From: an uncultured Candidatus Saccharibacteria bacterium
Lineage (GTDB): Bacteria > Patescibacteriota > Saccharimonadia > Saccharimonadales > 2-12-FULL-41-12
Assembly: GCA_947085855.1 (NCBI GenBank)
Contig: CAMTYB010000002.1
Location: 87,278-151,277, forward strand
Length of the DNA: 64,000 nucleotides
Direction of reading: 5' to 3'
A program made the translations under genes and the position numbers. Positions 46,175 to 54,406 of the stretch are shown piece after piece. A model generated the notes under the pieces. It was not told the origin of the DNA, did not search any database, and worked only from the letters and a program-made list of their open reading frames with translations. Every line of letters starts with the position of its first letter. Position 1 is the stretch's first letter.

Positions 46175-47643
46175 TGGCCGAGCAGGTAGGTGAGTCAATC
46201 GAAGGACTGCAGATTTGGACGCCATATGACTCATTCCAAATGTCCTACAATATCATAGCCTTTCAAGAAGGTATGTCTCAGCTCAAGCTGCTTGATGTCA
46301 AAGGTCGCCCCAATGATGAAACCCTGTACGTTACCGGTCTCAACCAGGCTGTTTATGAAATTGTTACAAGCAAAGACATCACAGAGGAAATTGCTCTGTT
46401 CCATACGCTACAGCAGCCTATTATGTCGGCAGTTCAGCCTGATCAAGAAGTTGATTCGTCAAATATGCGAGAAGAAGCTCGTGTACGCAAGCTCCACCGC
46501 GGCATGGCACGGGCAGCTCTTTTGAGCGCGCACTATGCAGACAACTCCCTTGAGTTTAGCCATTCAACTGCCGATTTAGTGAGTGTCTTCAATATGCTGA
46601 CGCACCCTGTCCACCCGTTTGAGGAGTTGTCGGACAATGACATCAGAAAAGACCAGACGTTGTTTTATCTTTTTACGTTGGCTGCTATCAGGCACAAAAC
46701 AATTTCTCATGCGTATGCAAGTGAGATACGAGCTGCAGTTGCCAAAGGCACACTCTCTCCTAAGAATCGCGGCGGCACCAGAGGAACAAAGTCTTGGGAT
46801 GCCAGTCACGGTGTGCATTTTGAGCGGCGGATTGGCTTTGAGGAAAAAAAATTAGTACACGTGCCAAAGGGTAGAAAAGCAGGCACAGCTCAAGGTAGTG
46901 GACAAATTGTTAACAAGACTTCAAAAGCACCGCCAAAACCTCAACGAAAAAAAGGGGCTGGCAAAACAACAGGCAAAAGGCTCGTAAGTCGCAGGGAAGC
47001 GAGTCAGCGAGACACTCCTCGTGCTGTAACAGATCAAGAGCGTTTTATTAATGCTATAACAACAAGGCGTCGACAAATTGAATTTCCGTTGCGCGTCTCT
47101 GCTCAACACGAAGCGTATATAGGCGAGAATGGTGTATTTAATGAGGATCGACTGAGCCGTCACGCAGAAATCGGCCAACACGCAATCCGTGGATATCTTC
47201 ATATGGCCCGAGCGGATGGTCCGCGAGGGTCTTTGCCTGACCAAATGCTTGCTTTCATTGGAGGGAGATATCAGGATGGCGAGCACAAGACACTACTTGC
47301 AGGCAATTATTTGGCGACTAAATATAATCAGCAAGGTCGCACACAGAAGAAGTTAGAAGTTCCAGGCTTTGAACTTGAGGCAATGCCACTGGCTTTCGCG
47401 GCGCTACGTGCCTACGTCAATCGACACCATGTAAAAGGTGGTGAGGAATCAATCATGGTCAAAGAGTATTGCGAGCTTGTTCTGGCGTACTTAACTGAGG
47501 CGTATAAGCCTGAGCGACTTGAGGCCGAGCGACTACGGCTTGAAGCTGAATTAGCTCAGGAGCAATCGCAAGCGGCCAAGCCTGTGTCCTCACCTGAGCC
47601 TGCCGCAAGCGCTAAAAGCAGCCCAGATCAACCCCTTAAGTAA
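46171..47643 (+). CDS. Orphan protein C (490 aa) with a K/R-rich low-complexity linker
   Basis: The start overlaps the previous stop (ATGA at 46171-46174). Central basic tract KAPPKPQRKKGAGKTTGKRLVSRREASQR and a C-terminal coiled-coil/Pro-Ala-Ser tail. No recognised domain. Confidence 0.6.
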   Translation: MMAEQVGESIEGLQIWTPYDSFQMSYNIIAFQEGMSQLKLLDVKGRPNDETLYVTGLNQAVYEIVTSKDITEEIALFHTLQQPIMSAVQPDQEVDSSNMREEARVRKLHRGMARAALLSAHYADNSLEFSHSTADLVSVFNMLTHPVHPFEELSDNDIRKDQTLFYLFTLAAIRHKTISHAYASEIRAAVAKGTLSPKNRGGTRGTKSWDASHGVHFERRIGFEEKKLVHVPKGRKAGTAQGSGQIVNKTSKAPPKPQRKKGAGKTTGKRLVSRREASQRDTPRAVTDQERFINAITTRRRQIEFPLRVSAQHEAYIGENGVFNEDRLSRHAEIGQHAIRGYLHMARADGPRGSLPDQMLAFIGGRYQDGEHKTLLAGNYLATKYNQQGRTQKKLEVPGFELEAMPLAFAALRAYVNRHHVKGGEESIMVKEYCELVLAYLTEAYKPERLEAERLRLEAELAQEQSQAAKPVSSPEPAASAKSSPDQPLK

Positions 47644-47728
47644 GGTGTTTTCAATTCAAGCTAGTTATGTTATACTACTCACAACGATAATTTAGTAAAC
47701 ATAACGCCTGTATTAGGCTAGGGATGAT

Positions 47729-48205
47729 ATGTCGTCAGTAATTTCTGCTATCGAAGCAAAGTACAAGAAGCATCAAGTCGTCGATGTAAAAAGTGGCGAT
47801 ACTGTTAAAGTTCACCAGAAAATCCGTGAAGGCAACAAAGAGCGTGTCCAGGTTTTCGAGGGACTTGTTATTCGTACAGACCGAAAAGGCAGTCACACCA
47901 GCAGTATTGCCGTTCGTCGTATTGCCAGCGGTATAGGTGTAGAAAAGACCTACCTATTGCACAGCCCGCTTGTAGTTAAAGTAGAAGTTACTAAACGAAG
48001 TAAGGTTCGCCGTAATTACCTTACATACATGCGTGCTCGTACCGGTAAATCGGCTCGACTGGCTAACGTCGCCTTTGACCGTCAAACTGTCAACACTATT
48101 CCTGACGCACCTGTTGCCAAAGAAGAGCCAAAAGAAGACACACAAGTTGAAGAGCCAGTAGCAGCAAGCGAAGCAGCAAAGCCAGCTGAAGCTAAAAAAG
48201 CCTAA
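47729..48205 (+). CDS. rplS: 50S ribosomal protein L19 with a C-terminal extension of about 45 aa
   Basis: The L19 core (VDVKSGDTVKVHQKIREGNKERVQVFEGLVI...RRAKLYYLR-like RRNYLTYMR) is followed by an Ala/Glu/Pro/Lys-rich tail. Confidence 0.93.
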   Translation: MSSVISAIEAKYKKHQVVDVKSGDTVKVHQKIREGNKERVQVFEGLVIRTDRKGSHTSSIAVRRIASGIGVEKTYLLHSPLVVKVEVTKRSKVRRNYLTYMRARTGKSARLANVAFDRQTVNTIPDAPVAKEEPKEDTQVEEPVAASEAAKPAEAKKA

Positions 48206-48261
48206 GTTTTAGTAGCAATTATTTAATAAAAACATAACATAGTTCTTATATACTAAGAGCT

Positions 48262-48867
48262 ATGCAGTCGAGTACGTTTGTTTTTTCCGACACAGACCTA
48301 ATAATTGGCGTCGACGAAGTCGGTCGAGGTTGCTGGGCTGGCCCGCTTGTAGTAGGGCTGGTTATCTTGAACGATAATATACCAGGCTTGGCCGACTCAA
48401 AGGCACTGTCATCGGTGGTTCGCCGCAGGCTGGCTGTAGAAATCAAAGCTACCGCTCGTGTAGCCGAGCTTGGCTGGGTCGAGCCGGCTGAAATTGACGA
48501 GCTTGGCCTGACTGCAGCTACTACCCTCGCCATCGAGCGAGCCCTCGAAAAATGTGGGCCCATTGCATATGACCACATTGTAATTGATGGCTCGGTTAAT
48601 TTCTTGCCAGGTAATCCTAAGACAATCATTATTCCTAAAGCCGATAGCCTGGTGCCGGCAGTGTCGGCGGCCAGTATCTTGGCAAAAGTAGCTCGTGACG
48701 ACTTTATGGCACAGCAAGCCGAGATATATCAAGCATACGGATTCGAGAAGCATGTTGGCTACGGTACAAAATTACACAGAGATGCCCTACAGTTGCACGG
48801 TCTGACGCCACTGCACAGACAGAGTTTCCGGCCAATACAAGCAGTCCTTGCATCATCCCTGAGTTAA
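48262..48867 (+). CDS. rnhB: Ribonuclease HII
   Basis: IGVDEVGRGCWAGPLVV catalytic motif, ADSK and SAASILAKV motifs. Confidence 0.92.
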   Translation: MQSSTFVFSDTDLIIGVDEVGRGCWAGPLVVGLVILNDNIPGLADSKALSSVVRRRLAVEIKATARVAELGWVEPAEIDELGLTAATTLAIERALEKCGPIAYDHIVIDGSVNFLPGNPKTIIIPKADSLVPAVSAASILAKVARDDFMAQQAEIYQAYGFEKHVGYGTKLHRDALQLHGLTPLHRQSFRPIQAVLASSLS

Positions 48868-48874
48868 TTTTGTC

Positions 48875-49207
48875 ATGACGACTACAGAATGTGGCTCCCG
48901 AGCAGAGACTTTTGTTGCTCAACGACTCATTCAGTCTGGCTACGTAATCGTTGCCCAAAATTGGCGCACCAAATGGTGCGAAATTGATATTATCGCCAAG
49001 AAACATATGGCTGTTTACTTTGTAGAAGTTCGCTATCGCACGAATGATCACTATGGTGATGGCTTGGCCTCGATTACGCCTGCCAAGTATAGACAGATGC
49101 GATTAGCGGCTCAGATCTGGCTATCGCAACATTCGGCCGGTGAGGTACGTCTATGTGTTGCAAGTGTAGATGCGAGGAGTAACGTTCAATGGGTGGCGCT
49201 GGACTAG
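48875..49207 (+). CDS. YraN-family (UPF0102) endonuclease-like protein
   Basis: 110 aa. GYVIVAQNWRTKWCEIDIIAKK...VYFVEVRYR matches the YraN pattern. rnhB-yraN adjacency is common. Confidence 0.85.
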   Translation: MTTTECGSRAETFVAQRLIQSGYVIVAQNWRTKWCEIDIIAKKHMAVYFVEVRYRTNDHYGDGLASITPAKYRQMRLAAQIWLSQHSAGEVRLCVASVDARSNVQWVALD

Positions 49208-51774
49208 CGGTAGTCGGCAAAGAAATCGGTCAGGCGTGATTCTTCGCGTTGGCGCCATTCAACACGGGCTTGAATTTCGGAGCGGGCAATGGCAATGTTA
49301 CGTTTGAGGGCGATGATGTCTGCCTTTGGATTAAAGAAATCTAGGAAGCGCTGTTGGGCATCTTTAGTATTGACCACGGCGGCTGAATAGACCACAAAGT
49401 ATTCAAAGGACTTGCTGTCCCCAAACATTTTTTCTAAGCGATCCCAGTTATCCACGAGCCATTTCCAGGCAGCTTCGCGCGTTTCATAATTGCGCATCAG
49501 GTATGCGAACCAGCGGAAAATGTCTTGTGGACGGACGAAGCCATCTTTGCCAAGGGCTTTATCGATAATATATTGCCCAGCTTTCTCGTCTTTGACAGAA
49601 GTTATTCCCAGACAAATTGACAGCTGAACTTCTGGATTAGGAGTCGTTTGGTATTCATCCATGAGCGCGTCAATGTCAGCTACGCCGTTTTTTACAGCTG
49701 CACCGATGATGAGAGCCCTTTGTTCGGCTGGTAATTCGGCTGAATTTTTGGCTGCCTTGAAGCGTCGCAAGGCCTCTTCGATAGCTGCCTCGTCCTCACT
49801 ATTAACCATTACGCTTAAAATCAAGTGCCTGAGACTGATATCATTCGGGCTGTCATTCTCGCCATCGTTCCAGCCAAGTTTTTCGTACCACTCGCGAGCC
49901 AACGTACGTCGATATGTCTTAATAGCCTTGTGAGTCACCTTATCACCTTCTGTGAGGTGGATGCCGGTAGCAATAACTCGGGCCATGATAGACCATACGG
50001 CCTCGCGGGGCTCGGTGGAGGAGGCAGTAATGATGTTGAGAGCATCAGTGATTGGCGCGTCGCCACGACGACTGAGCAGCAGCATATCGTTTAGTACGTT
50101 GATACGCGATTCGGCAGCCAGAATTTGCTTAGCGAATGAATCAGCTAAGTATCGCTGGGCTTCCTGGTCTGTATAGTGAACGACCATGTGGCCGCTACCA
50201 TTTTTGTTGAACACAACTGGTTGTTTGCCAGAACGTGTTACGGAACCTGTTTTTGTTGCAAGGATCTCATTATCGAGGGTTTGATCGGCCAGTAAAGGAA
50301 TTGGCCAGATTGTCTGATCGGTATCTGTATCAAGTACAAAGCGCTCTTGAGCAAGGTCAATAGTGCCCGCTTTATGAGTGACGCTTAACAATGGCATGCC
50401 CGAGCGATGTATCCACGGCTCCATAAAACTACTGATGTCCTTCTTGCTTGCAGCTGCCATAGCTTCCCACAGGTCGCCGCCCACAGTATTTTTATAGGCG
50501 TGCTTGGCGAAGTAGTTTTTGAGGGCCTCTCGAAACGCATCGTCACCAATGTATTCACGCATCATTTTCAGCAGTCGACCGCCTTTTGCGTAGACAATCG
50601 CTGGGTCGAACAAAGTGTGAATTTCTTCTGGGTGATTTACAGCGACTTGTACGGCCTGTACGTCTGCGTACATGTCACGGTTAGAGCAGGAGATAACGTC
50701 TGATGCGGTGTATTGCTCCCACTGGAACCAATCGGGATGCAAACCATCAAGGGCAACATGTTCCATAAGGCTGGCAAAACTTTCGTTAAGCCACAGGTCA
50801 TCCCACCACTTCATAGTGACGAGGTCGCCAAACCATTGATGAGACATTTCGTGCGCCACAACCATAGAAACGTATTGCTCTGATGATTGCGAGCGGTTTT
50901 CAGGTTCAGTCAGCAGAGCAATCTCTCGATAGGTAATAAGGCCCCAATTCTCCATGGCGCCAGCTTCAAAGTCTGGTAGGGCTACTTGGTCACATTTCTT
51001 GAGTGGGAATTCTGTCTTAAAGTAATCTATGAAAAATTCCAAAATTGCCACGCCTTCTGTGTTGGCGTACATAAGTGAATTTTTGGGCTGCGCAACTGTT
51101 GACCAAGTACGTATGATGGTGCCATCTTGGCAGGTAGCTTCGACGCTATGCATTTCGCCGATTACAAAAGCCAACAAGTATGTGCTCATGATTGGCGTGG
51201 TCTCAAATCGGATCGTTTTTGTTTTGTCGTTGTTAGCAGCTTCGCTCAATTGCGGCATGTTAGACAAAGCAACTTCGTGAGAAGGTACGGTCAATTCCAG
51301 ATCAAATGTGGCCTTAGCCTCGGGCTCGTCAATGCACGGGAATACTTCACGGGCGTGGTGAGATTCAAATTGCGTAGCTAACAATAGCTTTTCGACACCG
51401 TCATGCTTGAAATAGCACGGATACAAGCCGTGCATTGGCTTAGTGATGGTGCCGGTAAACTCCAGTGTAATTGTGTAGTCGCCAGCTGGTAGGTTGTCTG
51501 TGGCATGAAGTCGAACTTCATCGTATTTGCTTTGGATGTTAATCCTATCAATTTCAATGTCTGTATCGCCAGCTTTGCTGTGATGCTGGAGTGTGGCAGC
51601 GGTAATCTTTAGGCCTTTTTGGTGCAAGGTAATCCGTTGCGAAGGTCGACCAACTTTTTTGCCTGTAACAGTGACGGTGCCAGAAAATGTTAAATCTTTG
51701 GAATTCGGAGTTAGAAACAATTGATAGCTGCTTGGATGAAACTGTTCATAAAGTCGTCGGACGGATTTGCTCAT
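49204..51774 (-). CDS. pepN: M1-family aminopeptidase N
   Basis: 856 aa. GAMENWG exopeptidase motif, the HEMSHQWFGDLV zinc site with downstream WLNESFA, and an ERAP1-like C-terminal domain. Confidence 0.93.
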   Translation of the reverse strand: MSKSVRRLYEQFHPSSYQLFLTPNSKDLTFSGTVTVTGKKVGRPSQRITLHQKGLKITAATLQHHSKAGDTDIEIDRINIQSKYDEVRLHATDNLPAGDYTITLEFTGTITKPMHGLYPCYFKHDGVEKLLLATQFESHHAREVFPCIDEPEAKATFDLELTVPSHEVALSNMPQLSEAANNDKTKTIRFETTPIMSTYLLAFVIGEMHSVEATCQDGTIIRTWSTVAQPKNSLMYANTEGVAILEFFIDYFKTEFPLKKCDQVALPDFEAGAMENWGLITYREIALLTEPENRSQSSEQYVSMVVAHEMSHQWFGDLVTMKWWDDLWLNESFASLMEHVALDGLHPDWFQWEQYTASDVISCSNRDMYADVQAVQVAVNHPEEIHTLFDPAIVYAKGGRLLKMMREYIGDDAFREALKNYFAKHAYKNTVGGDLWEAMAAASKKDISSFMEPWIHRSGMPLLSVTHKAGTIDLAQERFVLDTDTDQTIWPIPLLADQTLDNEILATKTGSVTRSGKQPVVFNKNGSGHMVVHYTDQEAQRYLADSFAKQILAAESRINVLNDMLLLSRRGDAPITDALNIITASSTEPREAVWSIMARVIATGIHLTEGDKVTHKAIKTYRRTLAREWYEKLGWNDGENDSPNDISLRHLILSVMVNSEDEAAIEEALRRFKAAKNSAELPAEQRALIIGAAVKNGVADIDALMDEYQTTPNPEVQLSICLGITSVKDEKAGQYIIDKALGKDGFVRPQDIFRWFAYLMRNYETREAAWKWLVDNWDRLEKMFGDSKSFEYFVVYSAAVVNTKDAQQRFLDFFNPKADIIALKRNIAIARSEIQARVEWRQREESRLTDFFADYR

Positions 51775-51836
51775 AAACTCTATACTAAACGATCTCTGGT
51801 CTGGGAGCCAAATTTTCCTACAAAAAGTAACTATAG

Positions 51837-51865
51837 TTGAAATTCCGACAACGGTACGTTATAAT
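51837..51865 (+). promoter_or_regulatory. Consensus-like promoter TTGAAA-N17-TATAAT for nusA
   Basis: -35 at 51837-51842 and -10 at 51860-51865, about 80 nt upstream of the nusA ATG. Confidence 0.6.
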
Positions 51866-51877
51866 AGCTACTGTTAG

Positions 51878-51901
51878 GTCGGCCAGCAGGTCGACTTTTT
51901 T
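51878..51901 (+). terminator. Intrinsic terminator (attenuator) within the nusA 5' leader
   Basis: GUCGGCC (51878-51884) pairs with GGUCGAC (51889-51895), a 7-bp stem with one G-U and an AGCA loop, followed by U6 (51896-51901). It lies between the promoter and the AAGGAGA SD of nusA. Confidence 0.65.
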
Positions 51902-51945
51902 CATACCGAAACACTCTAGAAATAACTAAATAAAAGGAGATCCTC

Positions 51946-53166
51946 ATGGAACTAGATGTAAAACAACTTGGCCTGATGATTAAAACCATTGCTGAAGAAA
52001 AAAACCTACCAGAAGACGCTGTGCAACAAGTTGTTGAACAGGCACTTGCTGCTGCGTATCGCAAAGACTTTGGTGATCGCGAACAAGAAGTTCGAGTCGC
52101 TATAAACCTGCACACCGGTGATATCGATGTCTTTGTTAGTAAAGAAGTGGTAGAAAAAGTTGGCGATGAACGCTTTGAGCTTAGCTTATCGCAAGCCCAA
52201 GCTATTAAGAAGAATGCCGAACTTGGTGATTTTATTGAAATTCAAGAAACTGCTGATAGCTTTGGTCGTGTTGCCGCTCAGACTGCCAAGCAAGTTATCT
52301 TGCAACGTTTGCGTGAGGCTGAACGTGAAATCATTATGACCGAATACCAAGATAAGATCGGTACCGTTGTAAATGGTATTGTGGCTCGCGTTGATGGACG
52401 TATGGTCCGGGTTGACCTCGGCAAGGCCCAAGCTATCATGCCTGGTAGCGAACAGATTCAGAACGAACGCTATCATGCCGGTCAGCGCCTTAAAGTTTAT
52501 TTGAAAGACCTCGAACGCGGTACTCGCGGTCCTCAGTTGGTGGTGTCCCGTGGTTCTACTGAATTCATGGAATGGCTCTTTCGTGGTGAGGTCCCTGAAA
52601 TGGAAAGTGGCGCTGTAGCCATTAAGGCTATTGCTCGAGAAGCTGGTGTGCGTAGTAAAATCGCTGTTACCAGCACCGTTCCAGGTGTTGACCCAGTCGG
52701 CACATTTGTCGGCGGTCACGGTACGCGCGTCAATGCTGTTATGAGTGAAATTGGCGAACAAGAGAAGATCGACATCATAGTATGGGATGACGACCAGGCT
52801 GCATTTATACAGAACGCCCTAAGCCCAACTAAAGTCACTTCGGTTAGTCTTGACCAAGAGAGCAAGAAAGCAGTCGTCCAAGTACCCGAAGACCAGCTCA
52901 GCATTGCAATTGGTAAGAGCGGCCAGAACGTCCGTTTGGCCAGCAAGCTGACAGGCTATGAAATTGATATCGTGTCTGACACGATGCCAGAAACTGAAAT
53001 TGCCCCGACTGCAGAAGTCGTGACTACTAAACCACTTGGTGGCCAGAAGTTGAAGCGCAAAGATCAGCTCGAAAGCAGCTTGCTAGAAGCCATCGAAGAA
53101 CATGGTGAAGAGACAACTGAAGCTGAATCTGGAGCGCAAGCTGAAAGCAAAGATACCAAGAAGTAG
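51946..53166 (+). CDS. nusA: Transcription termination/antitermination factor NusA
   Basis: N-terminal domain, S1 domain and two KH domains (IGKSGQNVRLAS), with an acidic C-terminal tail. Strong SD AAGGAGA. Confidence 0.95.
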   Translation: MELDVKQLGLMIKTIAEEKNLPEDAVQQVVEQALAAAYRKDFGDREQEVRVAINLHTGDIDVFVSKEVVEKVGDERFELSLSQAQAIKKNAELGDFIEIQETADSFGRVAAQTAKQVILQRLREAEREIIMTEYQDKIGTVVNGIVARVDGRMVRVDLGKAQAIMPGSEQIQNERYHAGQRLKVYLKDLERGTRGPQLVVSRGSTEFMEWLFRGEVPEMESGAVAIKAIAREAGVRSKIAVTSTVPGVDPVGTFVGGHGTRVNAVMSEIGEQEKIDIIVWDDDQAAFIQNALSPTKVTSVSLDQESKKAVVQVPEDQLSIAIGKSGQNVRLASKLTGYEIDIVSDTMPETEIAPTAEVVTTKPLGGQKLKRKDQLESSLLEAIEEHGEETTEAESGAQAESKDTKK

Positions 53167-53189
53167 TAATCTCTAACGAGCCTTATAGC

Positions 53190-53218
53190 TTGACAGCCAG
53201 ATTGACTACAGAGATAAT
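53190..53218 (+). promoter_or_regulatory. Promoter TTGACA-N17-GATAAT for the tail-fibre-like gene
   Basis: -35 at 53190-53195 and -10 at 53213-53218. The leader is A/C-rich, about 50 nt long, and has no obvious SD. Confidence 0.5.
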
Positions 53219-53277
53219 AGCTCTAGCACAAAGTAAAACCAAAACGTAACAAGTAACAAGGCCGAAACTGAACGAAC

Positions 53278-54402
53278 ATGGCGCGTTTACCTAATCCAGG
53301 CGGAGATGTGGGCAGTTGGGGAGGAATTCTCAATGATTTTCTGGCTCAAATTCACAACAGCGACGGCTCATTAAAAGATGGCGCTGTTACAAAAGCAAGT
53401 CTGAGCAGCAGCGTACAAGCCAGTCTAGACAATGCTGATGCTGCCGTTTCGGGCTCAGTACCTGATGCGTCGGCTAGCACCAAAGGTAAGGTGCAGCTTG
53501 CTGGCGATCTGACCGGAACAGCCGACAGCCCGACGATTGCCGATGGTGTGATTACGTCAGCAAAGCTGGCCGATAGCACGATTGTAAATACGGACATTTC
53601 TAGCAGTGCCGACATTGCTCAAGCCAAAATTCAAAACTTGACAACTGACCTGGCGAGCAAAGCAAATACGGCGGATGTATTTCTGAAGTCAGAAAACTTA
53701 TCTGGACTAACGAGTCCACTGACAGCTCGAACTAATTTAGAACTCGGTACTGCCGCTGTTGTTAATGTGCCAGGAAGCGGCAATGCAAGTGCTGCGCAAG
53801 TAGTAAAAGGTGATGATACGCGACTAAGTGATAGTCGTGCTCCGACTGACGCTTCAATAACACCCGCTAAACTAGCTGGCTCACCAACAGTTACTACAGG
53901 ACACGGTGTCACATGGAATGACACTGCGTGGGTAAGCACCGACCTAGTTACTCGAGCTGAATTTAATGCTCATGTAGATGATGCCTCAAGCGACTATCCG
54001 AGAGAGCTCGGTTACCTTGTAAAGCAGGACGGAAGCTTTAGCTCGACAACGACATTTGCATTTCCAACAACTGGCACAGATGTGCCGGGCACCACCCTTA
54101 CTGTTACTAAAGGTACGCGCCCAATTCTAATTCGAGTAAAAATTGGTCGCCTCGACAATCTAAATAATGACGGCACGTCGATCGTAACCTTACTTGAAGA
54201 TGACGCTGACGTCGACTTTTCGGTGATGGACATAGGTATTGCCGGCAAAGGGACGGGTGTAGTGCTTGAGTATCGTAGTACTGTAGCCGCTGGTGTGCAC
54301 ACCTACAAACTACGTCTATCGACGAGTTCTGGCCACACGGCTGTGCTTGCAGCCGATCTACTTTTGCCTGTCAGGATGTCAGTAATGGAAGTAGGCAGCT
54401 AA
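53278..54402 (+). CDS. Phage tail-fibre-like protein (374 aa)
   Basis: The N-terminus LPNPGGDVGSWGGILNDFL...HNSDGSLK, then TKGKVQLAGDLTGTADSPTI, TARTNLELGTAA and GDDTRLSDSR resemble recurrent motifs of phage tail-fibre/minor-tail proteins as I recall them. Ala/Ser/Thr/Gly-rich, with a beta-rich C-terminal domain and no signal peptide. Confidence 0.5.
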   Translation: MARLPNPGGDVGSWGGILNDFLAQIHNSDGSLKDGAVTKASLSSSVQASLDNADAAVSGSVPDASASTKGKVQLAGDLTGTADSPTIADGVITSAKLADSTIVNTDISSSADIAQAKIQNLTTDLASKANTADVFLKSENLSGLTSPLTARTNLELGTAAVVNVPGSGNASAAQVVKGDDTRLSDSRAPTDASITPAKLAGSPTVTTGHGVTWNDTAWVSTDLVTRAEFNAHVDDASSDYPRELGYLVKQDGSFSSTTTFAFPTTGTDVPGTTLTVTKGTRPILIRVKIGRLDNLNNDGTSIVTLLEDDADVDFSVMDIGIAGKGTGVVLEYRSTVAAGVHTYKLRLSTSSGHTAVLAADLLLPVRMSVMEVGS

Positions 54403-54406
54403 ACGT

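Noticed and set aside
52186-52761. 191-aa antisense ORF inside nusA. Similar cases are the 165-aa ORF at 55615-56112 antisense to clpC, the 182-aa alternate-frame ORF at 31492-32040 inside gatB, and the 130-aa ORFs around 22298-22881.
   Set aside because: They lie entirely within confidently identified genes and have low-complexity or odd composition. They have no promoter or SD of their own. These are typical shadow ORFs.
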